This document shows, piece by piece, positions 48,716 through 57,712 of a DNA stretch of 64,000 nucleotides (positions are counted from its first letter, which is position 1; each line of letters opens with the position of its first letter). The notes under the pieces are model-generated. The model did no database searches. It saw nothing but the letters and a program-made list of their open reading frames with translations, and was not told the origin of the DNA. Made by a program: the position numbers and the translations under genes. Location: positions 1 through 64,000 of the IMG/VR virus record IMGVR_UViG_3300028045_000001; one strand, 5' to 3'.

Positions 48716-50917
48716 ATGAATTGTGCTGCACGTGAATCAATGCTTGAAACGTATGTACTCAAGCAAGTTAACGGCTACTTGCTGGCCAATCCCGGGGCGG
48801 ACCGAGATAAAGTATCAAGTATAGTTCAAAATGAGGTTACGGCGAACTTCAAAGATAAGCACCTGGTGAATGTAATCATAGAAAAAGGGGAGTACGTTCT
48901 AAAAAAAGAAAAACTCTCGGAGATCGTCGAAACAACCAGAGATAAGGTTATTGCTCCAAGTGGTAGCATATATTTTACGCCAGATGTAAAAGAATCGGTC
49001 ACATCAAGAATGCTACGGACCAGGGTAAGTGAGCGCGATGCTGCGAAACTGGCTGGGTTCGTAGCTACGCAGCGGGGGGACCACGAGCTAGCGCTATCTA
49101 AACATTTTGAGCAGTCTAATAAAAAGGTTATGGTTAACTCTCTGCCAGGAGCGTTCAACGCCCCGCAAAATGTCCACTGCGACAGAGGGAACTATAACGC
49201 TATAACGTCAATCGGCCGCGCAATTATAAAATCCTGTTACACTGTTTGTGAACAACTACTTGGAGGCAACTTCCATTGGAAGGATGATGACGCTGTAGTT
49301 AACTACATAGAGACCCACCTATCCACGATGCCTCCTGAAAGTGAGGTCATGGATACAGTACATAGCCACAAGCTCAAAATACCAACTGTGGATGAGACAG
49401 TTAATTTTATTTTGACTATGGTTGACAAATACTCAATAACTCCATCCATACCCATATCAGAAAAAATAGTTAGATGTATGACCGAACCACAGCGAACATA
49501 CTTCTATTATGTCAATAATTTAAAACACCTGATAATCGAAAACGAAGTTATATTTAAACCAATGCTAAAAAAGTTCTTTGATATTAAAGATATTAAAGGG
49601 TCTCCCGGTACAGATCCAAACGAACTATTAGAGATGGATGAAAATCTATTAGTCATAATTTGCTCGAATGCCTACATGGACCTTAGGTATACTTCCAAGG
49701 ATGGGAGGGTAAAAAACCGAACGCTTCCCGAGTTTGTAAAAAATAACCCAGATGGAGCAAGACGATTCATAGCTATAGGGCGACACTTTGAATCAATTTT
49801 AAACCCATGTAAACTTCTAATGGATGTCCTTATTGACACCGATACCAGTATAGCAGATATTCAAACAAAACAAAATACTGTACGAAATACAATAATTGGA
49901 TCCGATACGGACAGTTGTATATTTTCATGTCATAAGTGGGTAGAGTGGTATACTGGTGAGCCGGTTAAAACAACTCCTGGGATGTATGAGATCGCATCAA
50001 TAGTCATATACTGGTTAGTTATGCTTATAAAACCAACCCTACATAAATTCAGTGTTGACCACGGAGTTACTGACTCCCAGGCCACTATTTTAAAGATGAA
50101 GAACGAATTCTTGCAACCTATATTTATGGGCTTCTCTATTAAAAAACAAGATGCCTCAATAGTCTCTATCATTGAAGGCAACGTACTGGTCGAACCGAAA
50201 ATTAATATGAAAGGGCTAGGTCTAAAATCCTCCACGTTTACAAAAAAGACTCTCGAACTCATAAATGTACTCGTTGTTAAAGATATATTGATGGGTGCTC
50301 AAGAGGGGCCGATATCTGGGAAGGCAATTATAAATAAATGCCTCAGGAGAGAAGTTGAAATTATTGATAGTTTGAAGAATGGCGAGATGGACTTTTTGAA
50401 ATCGCTATCTGCCAATCCTCCAAGTGAATATAAAAATCCTATGTCGAGTAACTATGCATATGTGCATTTTTGGAATGAGGTGTACGCTAAGAGCCATGGT
50501 AAAATAGAGGTTCCATCTAAACCTATAATGGTTACCTTGAGCGAACCTACGATCGGCTACATTGATTGGTTAAAAGAAAACTACCCTGTAGTGTATAATG
50601 ACATTGATAAGCTACTGGATTATATTTGGAGCGTCTATATAGAAACTGCAAGAAAAAAGAAACCAAATATTCCTGAACAAAAACTGCTACCTAAGAACAT
50701 CCTACAAAAATGGAAAAAGTGTCCAAGCAAATTAGCAATCAATGGGGAGTACAATAAAGTACCAAAATCAATTATCTCATTAATCGCAGTTAGAGATATA
50801 GTTTTTCAAAACATGAAACCCATATACGTCATATTAGAATCTTTAGGTATTGTAACCTACACAACTAATACAGATAAAAAACTCACGCTATTATCTGACC
50901 AGTACGAGCCATACTAA
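48716..50917 (+). CDS. family-B DNA polymerase, palm-containing subunit of a split phiKZ-type polymerase
   Basis: Motif B QSNKKVMVNSLPGAF; motif C GSDTDSCIF; KGLGLKSS. Confidence 0.85.
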   Translation: MNCAARESMLETYVLKQVNGYLLANPGADRDKVSSIVQNEVTANFKDKHLVNVIIEKGEYVLKKEKLSEIVETTRDKVIAPSGSIYFTPDVKESVTSRMLRTRVSERDAAKLAGFVATQRGDHELALSKHFEQSNKKVMVNSLPGAFNAPQNVHCDRGNYNAITSIGRAIIKSCYTVCEQLLGGNFHWKDDDAVVNYIETHLSTMPPESEVMDTVHSHKLKIPTVDETVNFILTMVDKYSITPSIPISEKIVRCMTEPQRTYFYYVNNLKHLIIENEVIFKPMLKKFFDIKDIKGSPGTDPNELLEMDENLLVIICSNAYMDLRYTSKDGRVKNRTLPEFVKNNPDGARRFIAIGRHFESILNPCKLLMDVLIDTDTSIADIQTKQNTVRNTIIGSDTDSCIFSCHKWVEWYTGEPVKTTPGMYEIASIVIYWLVMLIKPTLHKFSVDHGVTDSQATILKMKNEFLQPIFMGFSIKKQDASIVSIIEGNVLVEPKINMKGLGLKSSTFTKKTLELINVLVVKDILMGAQEGPISGKAIINKCLRREVEIIDSLKNGEMDFLKSLSANPPSEYKNPMSSNYAYVHFWNEVYAKSHGKIEVPSKPIMVTLSEPTIGYIDWLKENYPVVYNDIDKLLDYIWSVYIETARKKKPNIPEQKLLPKNILQKWKKCPSKLAINGEYNKVPKSIISLIAVRDIVFQNMKPIYVILESLGIVTYTTNTDKKLTLLSDQYEPY

Positions 50918-50948
50918 CCACTAATTAAAAAGGAAAGGATAGGTTAAA

Positions 50949-51440
50949 ATGATTAATGGCACAGAAATAAAACAGTACATTGGAATTAAAATTGTTAAGG
51001 GCTGTCCTATGACACGTGGAGAGTCTGCTATGCTACGTGGCGTCACACTTGACCCAAGTATCGATAAGCATGAACCAGGGTACCACGTCATATACCCTGA
51101 TGACTATGCATCGTGGTCGCCAGAGGATGTGTGGGAGCAGGCGTATTTAGAGCTTCCTGGTGATGGATCATATGTTGAGGATGCAATGGTGAAAAAGTTC
51201 ATTGGAGATATCGAATCAAAAAAGGTGGGTACCTCTACCACACATGTTACAGCCACTATGCTAACTGGGTTCATTCATTGCGATCGATCTGTCTGCGACA
51301 ACCCTAAGCGATACAATTATGCTGTTGGTACGAAGGTAGCTACTGAGAAAATAAAACAAAGAATCATAGAAGGCCTCTCATTTGTATTGCAGTGGGGAAA
51401 GTATGGCCTTACAGGATATAAGGATCTGGAAAAAGAATAA
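50949..51440 (+). CDS. two-domain phage protein with C-terminal Gp49/Gp66 (PF13876-like) domain
   Basis: N-terminal YIG.K.V...PM...GY.V.YPD.Y.SWSP..V.E.AY; C-terminal TT.......TGF.....S.C..P..Y...VG...A. Confidence 0.65.
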   Translation: MINGTEIKQYIGIKIVKGCPMTRGESAMLRGVTLDPSIDKHEPGYHVIYPDDYASWSPEDVWEQAYLELPGDGSYVEDAMVKKFIGDIESKKVGTSTTHVTATMLTGFIHCDRSVCDNPKRYNYAVGTKVATEKIKQRIIEGLSFVLQWGKYGLTGYKDLEKE

Positions 51441-51450
51441 ATGTACTAAC

Positions 51451-51482
51451 ACATAGGGGTGGTCTAAGGACCACCCCTATGT
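51451..51482 (+). terminator. intergenic hairpin
   Basis: 14-bp stem acataggggtggtc/gaccacccctatgt. Confidence 0.7.
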
Positions 51483-51517
51483 CCCACCTCCACTGTCTTT
51501 TCAGTTCTTATTACTCA

Positions 51518-51525
51518 TATATAAC
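51518..51525 (+). promoter_or_regulatory. early promoter variant TATATAAC
   Basis: After hairpin, upstream of the 51580 gene. Confidence 0.45.
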
Positions 51526-51579
51526 TACAGTGAGTAAGTCAATCACTAATGAAAACTTATATACAAGGGAGTGTAAAAA

Positions 51580-51972
51580 ATGAAAAAAATGATATTATTC
51601 ATTGTGGCTATAACTTGTTCTTTGTTGGCCGTCTTAGCTGCTATATTTATTAAGACGATGGACGTGGGAATAATTACTGCATCTGTAATCGTCGTGCTTG
51701 GAATGGCGTCGGCAATAGGCGTTAGTGTGGCACTGATGATACGTCCGATTACAGCTATTTCTAATATAGACATGGGGCTATATGTAAGTTGCCAAGGTAC
51801 ATGCATAGTACTTGCAGCAGTCCTTATGTATAACTTGTCTGACATCAATGCATTCGGCGCTGGATTGATGGCTGTTGGAAAATCTTGTCTTATCGTGGCG
51901 CTAATTCAGATCATTGTGCTCGTAGCCATCTTAGTCCTCAGTAAGATGGCGCGGAAAATTAAATGTCTTTGA
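51580..51972 (+). CDS. small four-TM membrane protein
   Basis: Four hydrophobic stretches; RBS gggag. Confidence 0.65.
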   Translation: MKKMILFIVAITCSLLAVLAAIFIKTMDVGIITASVIVVLGMASAIGVSVALMIRPITAISNIDMGLYVSCQGTCIVLAAVLMYNLSDINAFGAGLMAVGKSCLIVALIQIIVLVAILVLSKMARKIKCL

Positions 51973-51981
51973 CTGATGGGT

Positions 51982-52031
51982 AGTGACGGGGATAGTATGG
52001 GCTATGATAAGCCCATACTATCCCCGTCACT
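51982..52031 (+). terminator. 22-bp-stem hairpin
   Basis: agtgacggggatagtatgggct/agcccatactatccccgtcact, then T9. Confidence 0.75.
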
Positions 52032-52072
52032 CAGAGATTATTTTTTTTTATATCTCAGTATGTTTTTATCTA

Positions 52073-52080
52073 TATATTAC
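52073..52080 (+). promoter_or_regulatory. early promoter motif TATATTAC
   Basis: Exact motif. Confidence 0.6.
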
Positions 52081-52141
52081 TACTAAGAGGCAAACTATAA
52101 GGTATTGCAATTACAAATTTATTAAAAAGGAGAAACTAACT

Positions 52142-53137
52142 ATGATCGACCACCTTACTATTCTTGTGAAGCGAATGGGGGAAGATACCTCAGGCGAGTT
52201 TAATATTTCGAATATGAGTATCCGCTTCAACAATCTTGACGGAGGAACATTTCCAATAAAAGCTCCCAATTACATTGGCCTTTATTATGGCAGTCCCACT
52301 TTTGCAATAACACATATTGCTTCTATAAGTTCCATAGTAAAGGAAGAAGCCTGTCATACTTATTATCTTGATTCAATGAAGAAGCTAACTACACCAATCA
52401 AACTTACTGATACTGTAGAAGGCGATAAAGCCATTAGAAAATACGAGTACTGGACAGTGTGTGAACTTGGCTTACACGAATGTTGTAGTGGACTATCGCC
52501 ACATCACTACATTGATCCCTCTGTGCCATTGCCACTACAACACGGTCATGTACATCCACACGATCATATGGCACAACCACCACAATACGGTTATGTACAT
52601 CCACATGGTCATATGCCCCAGAGTATCTTACAAAATGGACTACGTTCATTGAGGGAAGGTTATATGATGCCTAAGGATCTTGATAGTCCACTCTCGGAAG
52701 AAGACAAGCTGAGAACGCCATCAAGTAGCTATGTGCGTGCAGTACCCAAACCTAACGTTGTAGAATCCCCATACACTTATGTAACCGATAAGGATAATGA
52801 GGAGCCATCAGCCAAACCTCACTTGGTAAGTCATAGCGTTGCAACTATGGAGGCGCTTACACGTGGACTTGCAGATGAAAGGATACGCGAACGTGCAGCC
52901 TCTGGGGAAGTAACACTGGAATTAGACGAGACGCTCACCGCTATTACTGGTGGTGATATCGTAGAAAGCGATAGCGTATCTTCCGACATACTTACCCGTA
53001 CTGAAGATAACCATGTACTTTCCTCAGACGATTCACCTGTGGTTTGTAACCAAACAAAAGAAGGTGAAGACGTCTCTCCAGTTCTTAAGGATGAGGAGGA
53101 CGAATCACCACAACATGTAGAGGGGACACACAGATAG
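52142..53137 (+). CDS. hypothetical protein with His/Pro-rich repeat and acidic tail
   Basis: Start after RBS aaggag; the ORF-track start at 51983 lies inside the hairpin. Confidence 0.6.
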   Translation: MIDHLTILVKRMGEDTSGEFNISNMSIRFNNLDGGTFPIKAPNYIGLYYGSPTFAITHIASISSIVKEEACHTYYLDSMKKLTTPIKLTDTVEGDKAIRKYEYWTVCELGLHECCSGLSPHHYIDPSVPLPLQHGHVHPHDHMAQPPQYGYVHPHGHMPQSILQNGLRSLREGYMMPKDLDSPLSEEDKLRTPSSSYVRAVPKPNVVESPYTYVTDKDNEEPSAKPHLVSHSVATMEALTRGLADERIRERAASGEVTLELDETLTAITGGDIVESDSVSSDILTRTEDNHVLSSDDSPVVCNQTKEGEDVSPVLKDEEDESPQHVEGTHR

Positions 53138-53191
53138 TTGAAGTATCTGATGAAGAGGTGTTCGATCAAATACTTCGATAAGGGGGGACTA

Positions 53192-53485
53192 ATGGATCAA
53201 AACTTAGAGCAGTTGTGTGAGGAGATAATAAGTGAGACAAAGGCACTTATATTAAACTACATAGATAACAAGTTGGAGCCACAAGTGTTGCGGGACACCG
53301 TACAGGGTTTACTTGGCAAGTATGTGGATGTACTCCGCATGATCGAGGGTAAACAAGACTATTTCAATTTAGATAATCCTAAAGTCTCTGACTTACTGCA
53401 AAGATTCACCTCCGCCCAATCAATTCTTGACCTGACATCACTCATGGTCATGGAGAATGACGCAGTCGAGGTTGGTGGATTTTAA
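53192..53485 (+). CDS. hypothetical protein, paralog of the 53508 C-terminus
   Basis: K..IL.YIDNKL.P..L......L..KYV.V...IE shared. Confidence 0.6.
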   Translation: MDQNLEQLCEEIISETKALILNYIDNKLEPQVLRDTVQGLLGKYVDVLRMIEGKQDYFNLDNPKVSDLLQRFTSAQSILDLTSLMVMENDAVEVGGF

Positions 53486-53507
53486 AAAATAAATAGGAGA
53501 TATACTA

Positions 53508-53897
53508 ATGGGTAAAGTTAAAAGGAAGTCGCCCCAAAGATCAACGGAGACGGAACGATATGTAACCAGTGTATGTGCTGAGGCAGCAAGCCTTAGACCG
53601 CAGAGTTACGACGATGAATGGGGGCAGTTATATGAGAAACTGGCGAAAAAGCCCTGGTTACGACCAAAGCCTTCCGCAGAAGGACTATGTGCGGAGCTAC
53701 TATCGCAAGCCAAGGTATTTTTATTAGATTATATCGATAACAAATTGGATCCAGAGGAGTTAAAGTCTACCAAAATGTCCTTGGTGAGAAAGTATGTGGA
53801 GGTAGCTACCTTGATAGAAACACAGGGCTGCAGTGATTGCGATAATGTATCTGCTATGCTACAAAAACTGAAATTGGTATTTTCTATGCTCCCATAA
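53508..53897 (+). CDS. hypothetical protein
   Basis: RBS aggag; paralog of 53192. Confidence 0.6.
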   Translation: MGKVKRKSPQRSTETERYVTSVCAEAASLRPQSYDDEWGQLYEKLAKKPWLRPKPSAEGLCAELLSQAKVFLLDYIDNKLDPEELKSTKMSLVRKYVEVATLIETQGCSDCDNVSAMLQKLKLVFSMLP

Positions 53898-54011
53898 GAT
53901 ACAATTTTAAAGTGCCGATGATAAACGGTATGACGGAGAAACCTGATCCGAAAACTATACATACCCGAGAGTTAAGTGGAAACACCATCGATCCTTAACA
54001 CTAATTACGTT

Positions 54012-54044
54012 GTACCTACTTGGCCATTTAGGCCAAGTAGGTAC
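54012..54044 (+). terminator. intergenic hairpin
   Basis: 14-bp stem gtacctacttggcc/ggccaagtaggtac. Confidence 0.65.
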
Positions 54045-54205
54045 GTCGTTAAAGGGAAATGAGATGGACCTTGGACACTCCTTGTATGCACTGCCAAGTA
54101 TGCATAGTCAAAGTATCCTTACAACAGTTACGAGAGTAAAATATGGGTCATAACATGATGCGAGTTTTTTAAATCAACTACATGACTCTTAATTTTTTTC
54201 ATCTA

Positions 54206-54213
54206 TATATTAC
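54206..54213 (+). promoter_or_regulatory. early promoter motif TATATTAC
   Basis: Exact motif after T-run. Confidence 0.6.
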
Positions 54214-54270
54214 CATAATGAGTAACAATCTATTAATTTAATTTACACAAAGGAGAGAGTATACACTATC

Positions 54271-54735
54271 ATGAAAAAGCATATGCGGTCGACACTTATA
54301 TTTAATCTATTATTTGGCTTTGTTTTCTTTACTTCGATTGGGATAGGCTTTGCAATTATGGTGAAAGCGGAGATAATGTCGACCATATTAGTACTGGTAA
54401 TTTGGAGTGTCTGCATGCTGCACACCAATTTTGTAAGTCTTGAAGTCACTATGGCAGAGGGTGGGACTACCATGGACTACGTGTACCGTTCTTTCTTCAG
54501 TACTCTGAGTGTTCTCGTAATTATGTTAATTGTTATCTGGAGATTAGGAGGAATAGAAACCGTTCCATCGGGTATGTGGGTGATATTTACCACATGGGTA
54601 GGCGGGGTGCTACTCAGTCCGATCGTGTTCGTCCCATTAATAATTAAAGAGATGTTATCGTCAGATGCCAAAACTTTGCGGCTGCGATTTTTTGATGCCT
54701 GCAGAAAAGTAGTAAAGCGATACCTTGTCCCATAA
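54271..54735 (+). CDS. multi-pass membrane protein
   Basis: Four hydrophobic segments; RBS aggag. Confidence 0.65.
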   Translation: MKKHMRSTLIFNLLFGFVFFTSIGIGFAIMVKAEIMSTILVLVIWSVCMLHTNFVSLEVTMAEGGTTMDYVYRSFFSTLSVLVIMLIVIWRLGGIETVPSGMWVIFTTWVGGVLLSPIVFVPLIIKEMLSSDAKTLRLRFFDACRKVVKRYLVP

Positions 54736-54762
54736 ATGATAGTTATATTGGAGGATAACGAG

Positions 54763-55191
54763 ATGAAAGAATTAACTTCAGTGTACGTAGCGCAGGTGTC
54801 CTACGTAGTTGCATTGTGCGGTTTGATTATACTTAACTATGAGATTGAACTTTGTTCTGGGATGGCAGCGACCGCACTCATAACCTACCATAGGATAAAG
54901 ACCATAAATAATTTTTACATCAAGTCTGTACCAGCTAATCGAATGCAATACAATGGAGGAGTGGTGATCGTGTACTTGTCGATATTGCTTTATATGTACA
55001 GACTCAATGGAGTTACTACATTTACAGATGGGGTAATATCTGTAGGTATTTCATGGGCGATATTAATTATTGTGCTGATCATTATCCCTGTGACATACAT
55101 CCAGATTAGACGTAGAGTAGGACATGTCGACGATGACTTCACTGCGGCATACATGGAGAATGCGGAAAAATTATTGGATAAAGAAGATTAG
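54763..55191 (+). CDS. multi-pass membrane protein
   Basis: Hydrophobic segments; start after RBS ggagg. Confidence 0.65.
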   Translation: MKELTSVYVAQVSYVVALCGLIILNYEIELCSGMAATALITYHRIKTINNFYIKSVPANRMQYNGGVVIVYLSILLYMYRLNGVTTFTDGVISVGISWAILIIVLIIIPVTYIQIRRRVGHVDDDFTAAYMENAEKLLDKED

Positions 55192-55236
55192 GGGCACCCA
55201 AAGGATAGTGTGATTCATAAAACTAATTTCCATTAC

Positions 55237-55277
55237 ATAACACCCACAGTGACTATTATAGTCACTGTGGGTGTTAT
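55237..55277. terminator. hairpin between convergent genes
   Basis: 19-bp stem ataacacccacagtgacta/tagtcactgtgggtgttat. Confidence 0.75.
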
Positions 55278-55281
55278 AGCC

Positions 55282-55581
55282 CTAAGTAAACCGTATAAGA
55301 TTCTTCACCGATCTTTTTTTTACTGCAACTATACCATCGTCGGTCTTGTAATGTACCCATGAAAATGTGACATTGTGAACAGATGCGTTGGTTACAACGT
55401 GTCCGTTAGGAAAAACTATTTTTTTATATTTTTTTTGGTCACTGAATCTATAGTGCGAATTGAATACGTCACATATGCCGATATATACATTTGCAAAGAT
55501 GTCCAATACAATAGGAATAAGAAATGTTGTAACGATTGCAGTCATACTAAGAATTGTTATAATGTTGATGTGTTCACTCAT
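55282..55581 (-). CDS. small membrane-anchored protein
   Basis: N-terminal TM segment and short soluble tail. Confidence 0.55.
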   Translation of the reverse strand: MSEHINIITILSMTAIVTTFLIPIVLDIFANVYIGICDVFNSHYRFSDQKKYKKIVFPNGHVVTNASVHNVTFSWVHYKTDDGIVAVKKRSVKNLIRFT

Positions 55582-55656
55582 GTTATCAACCCCATAATTA
55601 AATTAATGTTATATAACCACCCATTTAAATTATGTTACTACGAAAAGGTAATTGGA

Positions 55657-55692
55657 AAAGTACTCTCGGCCGTAATTGGCCGAGAGTACTTT
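55657..55692. terminator. intergenic hairpin
   Basis: 15-bp stem aaagtactctcggcc/ggccgagagtacttt. Confidence 0.6.
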
Positions 55693-55778
55693 CGCATAAT
55701 ACACGCACTAACCAATCAAAAGGAATCTATGACATAAAATGAATGTGGCATGCACCCATTGGATATCTTTCGTTATAA

Positions 55779-56011
55779 TTGCAGGGCCTGTCCAACATAG
55801 CCAACACCTGGAGTAGTATATGCTCCGGCTGTAGCGCCGGCAGGTTCGCACTACAACAACTGAGTACCCCTCTCAGCCATACGGGACCCTCATGATGGGT
55901 TGCATCGAGCGGGTCCGTTCAGGTGGATGTGGCTGCATCATGACATATTAGAGGTACATGGTTGTGCTCGTCATGGGTGTGTGGCGGTCAGTTGGACACC
56001 AGGCCCTGCAA
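55779..56011 (+). ncRNA. candidate structured ncRNA (about 233 nt)
   Basis: Ends pair (ttgcagggcctg/caggccctgcaa, tccaac/gttgga); several internal stems; GC-richer than flanks; no ORF of 60 aa or more; G-U pairs favour the + strand. Confidence 0.55.
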
Positions 56012-56063
56012 ATCGTAAAAGACATTAATATTTATTCACTACATATAATAGTTAAACAATGTG

Positions 56064-56088
56064 TATATATATATATATATATATATAT
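56064..56088. repeat. (TA)12T microsatellite
   Basis: 25-nt alternating TA run followed by gttac. Confidence 0.9.
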
Positions 56089-56125
56089 GTTACTTCTACA
56101 TATAATTTTACACTGCCTATATTTT

Positions 56126-56590
56126 TTATAGGCACCTATTATACGCTGCTGTACATAAACTATCTACTACTATGTTGCCTCGATTGCTGGCATGTCCTTG
56201 TACCCACACCATACGTAGACTGTGTGGGGCGATAACGTCTAAGAACATCGTCCAAAGATCTATATTCTTAGCGAGCCTTCCAGAGGAAGTCACCCACCCA
56301 TTACCCGACCAATTATATACCCAGCCCTTATTATAACTATCCACAACATACCTACTATCACTGTACACTGTAACCCTACAAGGAACAGTCAGGGCCCGTA
56401 TAGCATTTATAACCCCGCTAAGTTCCATACGATTGCTGGTAGTGTCCTCGACGGCTTCGCACATAATCATGTACCTATTGTCATCGCTTATAAGCAAGGC
56501 AGCGTTAGTGCCGTACTCTTTACTACCCCCACCATCGGTATATATGCTGACATCTTGTGTTTTGTCCATACGAATCAATTTCCTATACAT
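56126..56590 (-). CDS. rnhA: ribonuclease HI
   Basis: IYTDGG, TSNRMELSGVI, YSDSRYV, KNIDLW, WVQGH..NRGN..VD.L. Confidence 0.92.
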   Translation of the reverse strand: MYRKLIRMDKTQDVSIYTDGGGSKEYGTNAALLISDDNRYMIMCEAVEDTTSNRMELSGVINAIRALTVPCRVTVYSDSRYVVDSYNKGWVYNWSGNGWVTSSGRLAKNIDLWTMFLDVIAPHSLRMVWVQGHASNRGNIVVDSLCTAAYNRCL

Positions 56591-56605
56591 CTATGAGTAC
56601 TAAAG

Positions 56606-56768
56606 GCATGGATCCAGGAGCGTACATAGGGGAATGGCAAGTATCCTATGTCGCCCCGAACCCAGCGTTGCGAGAGAAAAGAGGTCACCAGCAAGCGACT
56701 TAATTGGCACAGATTAAGTTAGAACCAGGAGGTGACGTTGTCTGTATAAGATATACTGCATGCATTTT
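56606..56768 (+). ncRNA. candidate structured RNA
   Basis: Stems acataggg/tcctatgt, gtcacc/ggtgac and acttaat/attaagt; closing gcatg/catgc; ends in T-run. Confidence 0.3.
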
Positions 56769-56803
56769 TTATTATAACCTATACATCCAAGGAGTTAACA
56801 TCT

Positions 56804-57256
56804 ATGTACAACCTAATAGTGACCGACATGTTCTCAGTCAGCAGCGTACCAAACACCTCCCTGTACCGTAGGGTCACACTAAGTAACATGGCACAGACCA
56901 TAGCCGAGATAGAGGCCTGCGACAACATATATCCAGTGTACAAGTATGTAATGTTTAACAGCATGCTGACGCTGATGCCATCCAAAGGCACCAGGCAGTT
57001 AATAGCGGCCATAAATAAAAAAAACAAACTGCGTCCAGATAATCTGGTAGCGCTGAGGGATGACACCCTTCAGTTCAATGCAGGCGAAATCCACAATGTG
57101 CTACACCTATATTTCAATGATAATTTAGAGATAGCCTGCGATCGTATCAGGATACTCCCCCATCGCAGGATAGCCAAGGAGCAGGCGGGGAATGGCAACA
57201 TCTATCCGATGCTACACGCAAAGATGGATGAGTACCCACAAGAAGCAACCCAATAG
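56804..57256 (+). CDS. hypothetical protein
   Basis: RBS aaggag; 150 aa. Confidence 0.6.
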   Translation: MYNLIVTDMFSVSSVPNTSLYRRVTLSNMAQTIAEIEACDNIYPVYKYVMFNSMLTLMPSKGTRQLIAAINKKNKLRPDNLVALRDDTLQFNAGEIHNVLHLYFNDNLEIACDRIRILPHRRIAKEQAGNGNIYPMLHAKMDEYPQEATQ

Positions 57257-57404
57257 ATTTTTCAAAAATTATTTGAGAATTGTGTCTCCCTGCGGTCTGC
57301 CAGGGTGTAGATAATTTTCTTTATCTGAGCATTATTACACTGTATAGTAAAACTCTCTTCGAGAGTTAGACATGTTTATACGATCATACTTTTATATAAA
57401 AAAA

Positions 57405-57489
57405 TATGCACGATAGGCACGTTAATTCTTACGGGTCAGCAGCGAGCTGGTCGGGCCTAACCGATGCGGGTGTGCGTATCAGTTTTTTT
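57405..57489 (+). ncRNA. candidate small multi-arm RNA
   Basis: Closing stem tatgcac/gtgcgta with three short internal hairpins, then T7. Confidence 0.25.
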
Positions 57490-57495
57490 CACTTA

Positions 57496-57503
57496 TATAT
57501 TAC
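57496..57503 (+). promoter_or_regulatory. early promoter motif TATATTAC
   Basis: Exact motif after T-run. Confidence 0.6.
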
Positions 57504-57509
57504 TATAAT

Positions 57510-57712
57510 AAGAACGGAAATGGTGCTGTTCTTTTTTTCACCATAGGGGGGAGTAACGCCGACGTGTTACTGCACGAATGCGCGCTCCTGAATCGAGTGC
57601 GAATCAACTAACCCACAAGTTGCTGAGTATAGCTCGTAGGCCCGGTCCACTATAACGTAAATGTGGATCGGGTCGATTCAGCGGTGCTGCGGGGGAGTAT
57701 TGTTTTTTTTTT
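57510..57712 (+). ncRNA. candidate structured ncRNA or leader upstream of the RNAP-subunit operon
   Basis: Stems agtaacg/tgttact, cgcgctc/gagtgcg, gctgagt/attcagc and a 12-bp ggcccggtccac/gtggatcgggtc; ends in T-run. Confidence 0.45.

Noticed and set aside
4586-52141. ORF-track N-terminal extensions at 4586, 14815, 17112, 41051 and 51983
   Set aside because: These extensions run through terminator hairpins or promoter motifs; downstream ATGs have strong RBSs and, for the lipoproteins, restore proper signal peptides
54059-54139. Tiny CxxC ORF (MRWTLDTPCMHCQVC...)
   Set aside because: Only 26 codons, weak RBS, no supporting homology; cannot be distinguished from chance
55779-56590. Retron-like msr/msd (terminal inverted repeats) next to RNase H
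   Set aside because: No reverse transcriptase (YADD/FADD) ORF nearby, no long msd hairpin, and RNase H is an ordinary gene in this phage group; kept only as a generic ncRNA candidate
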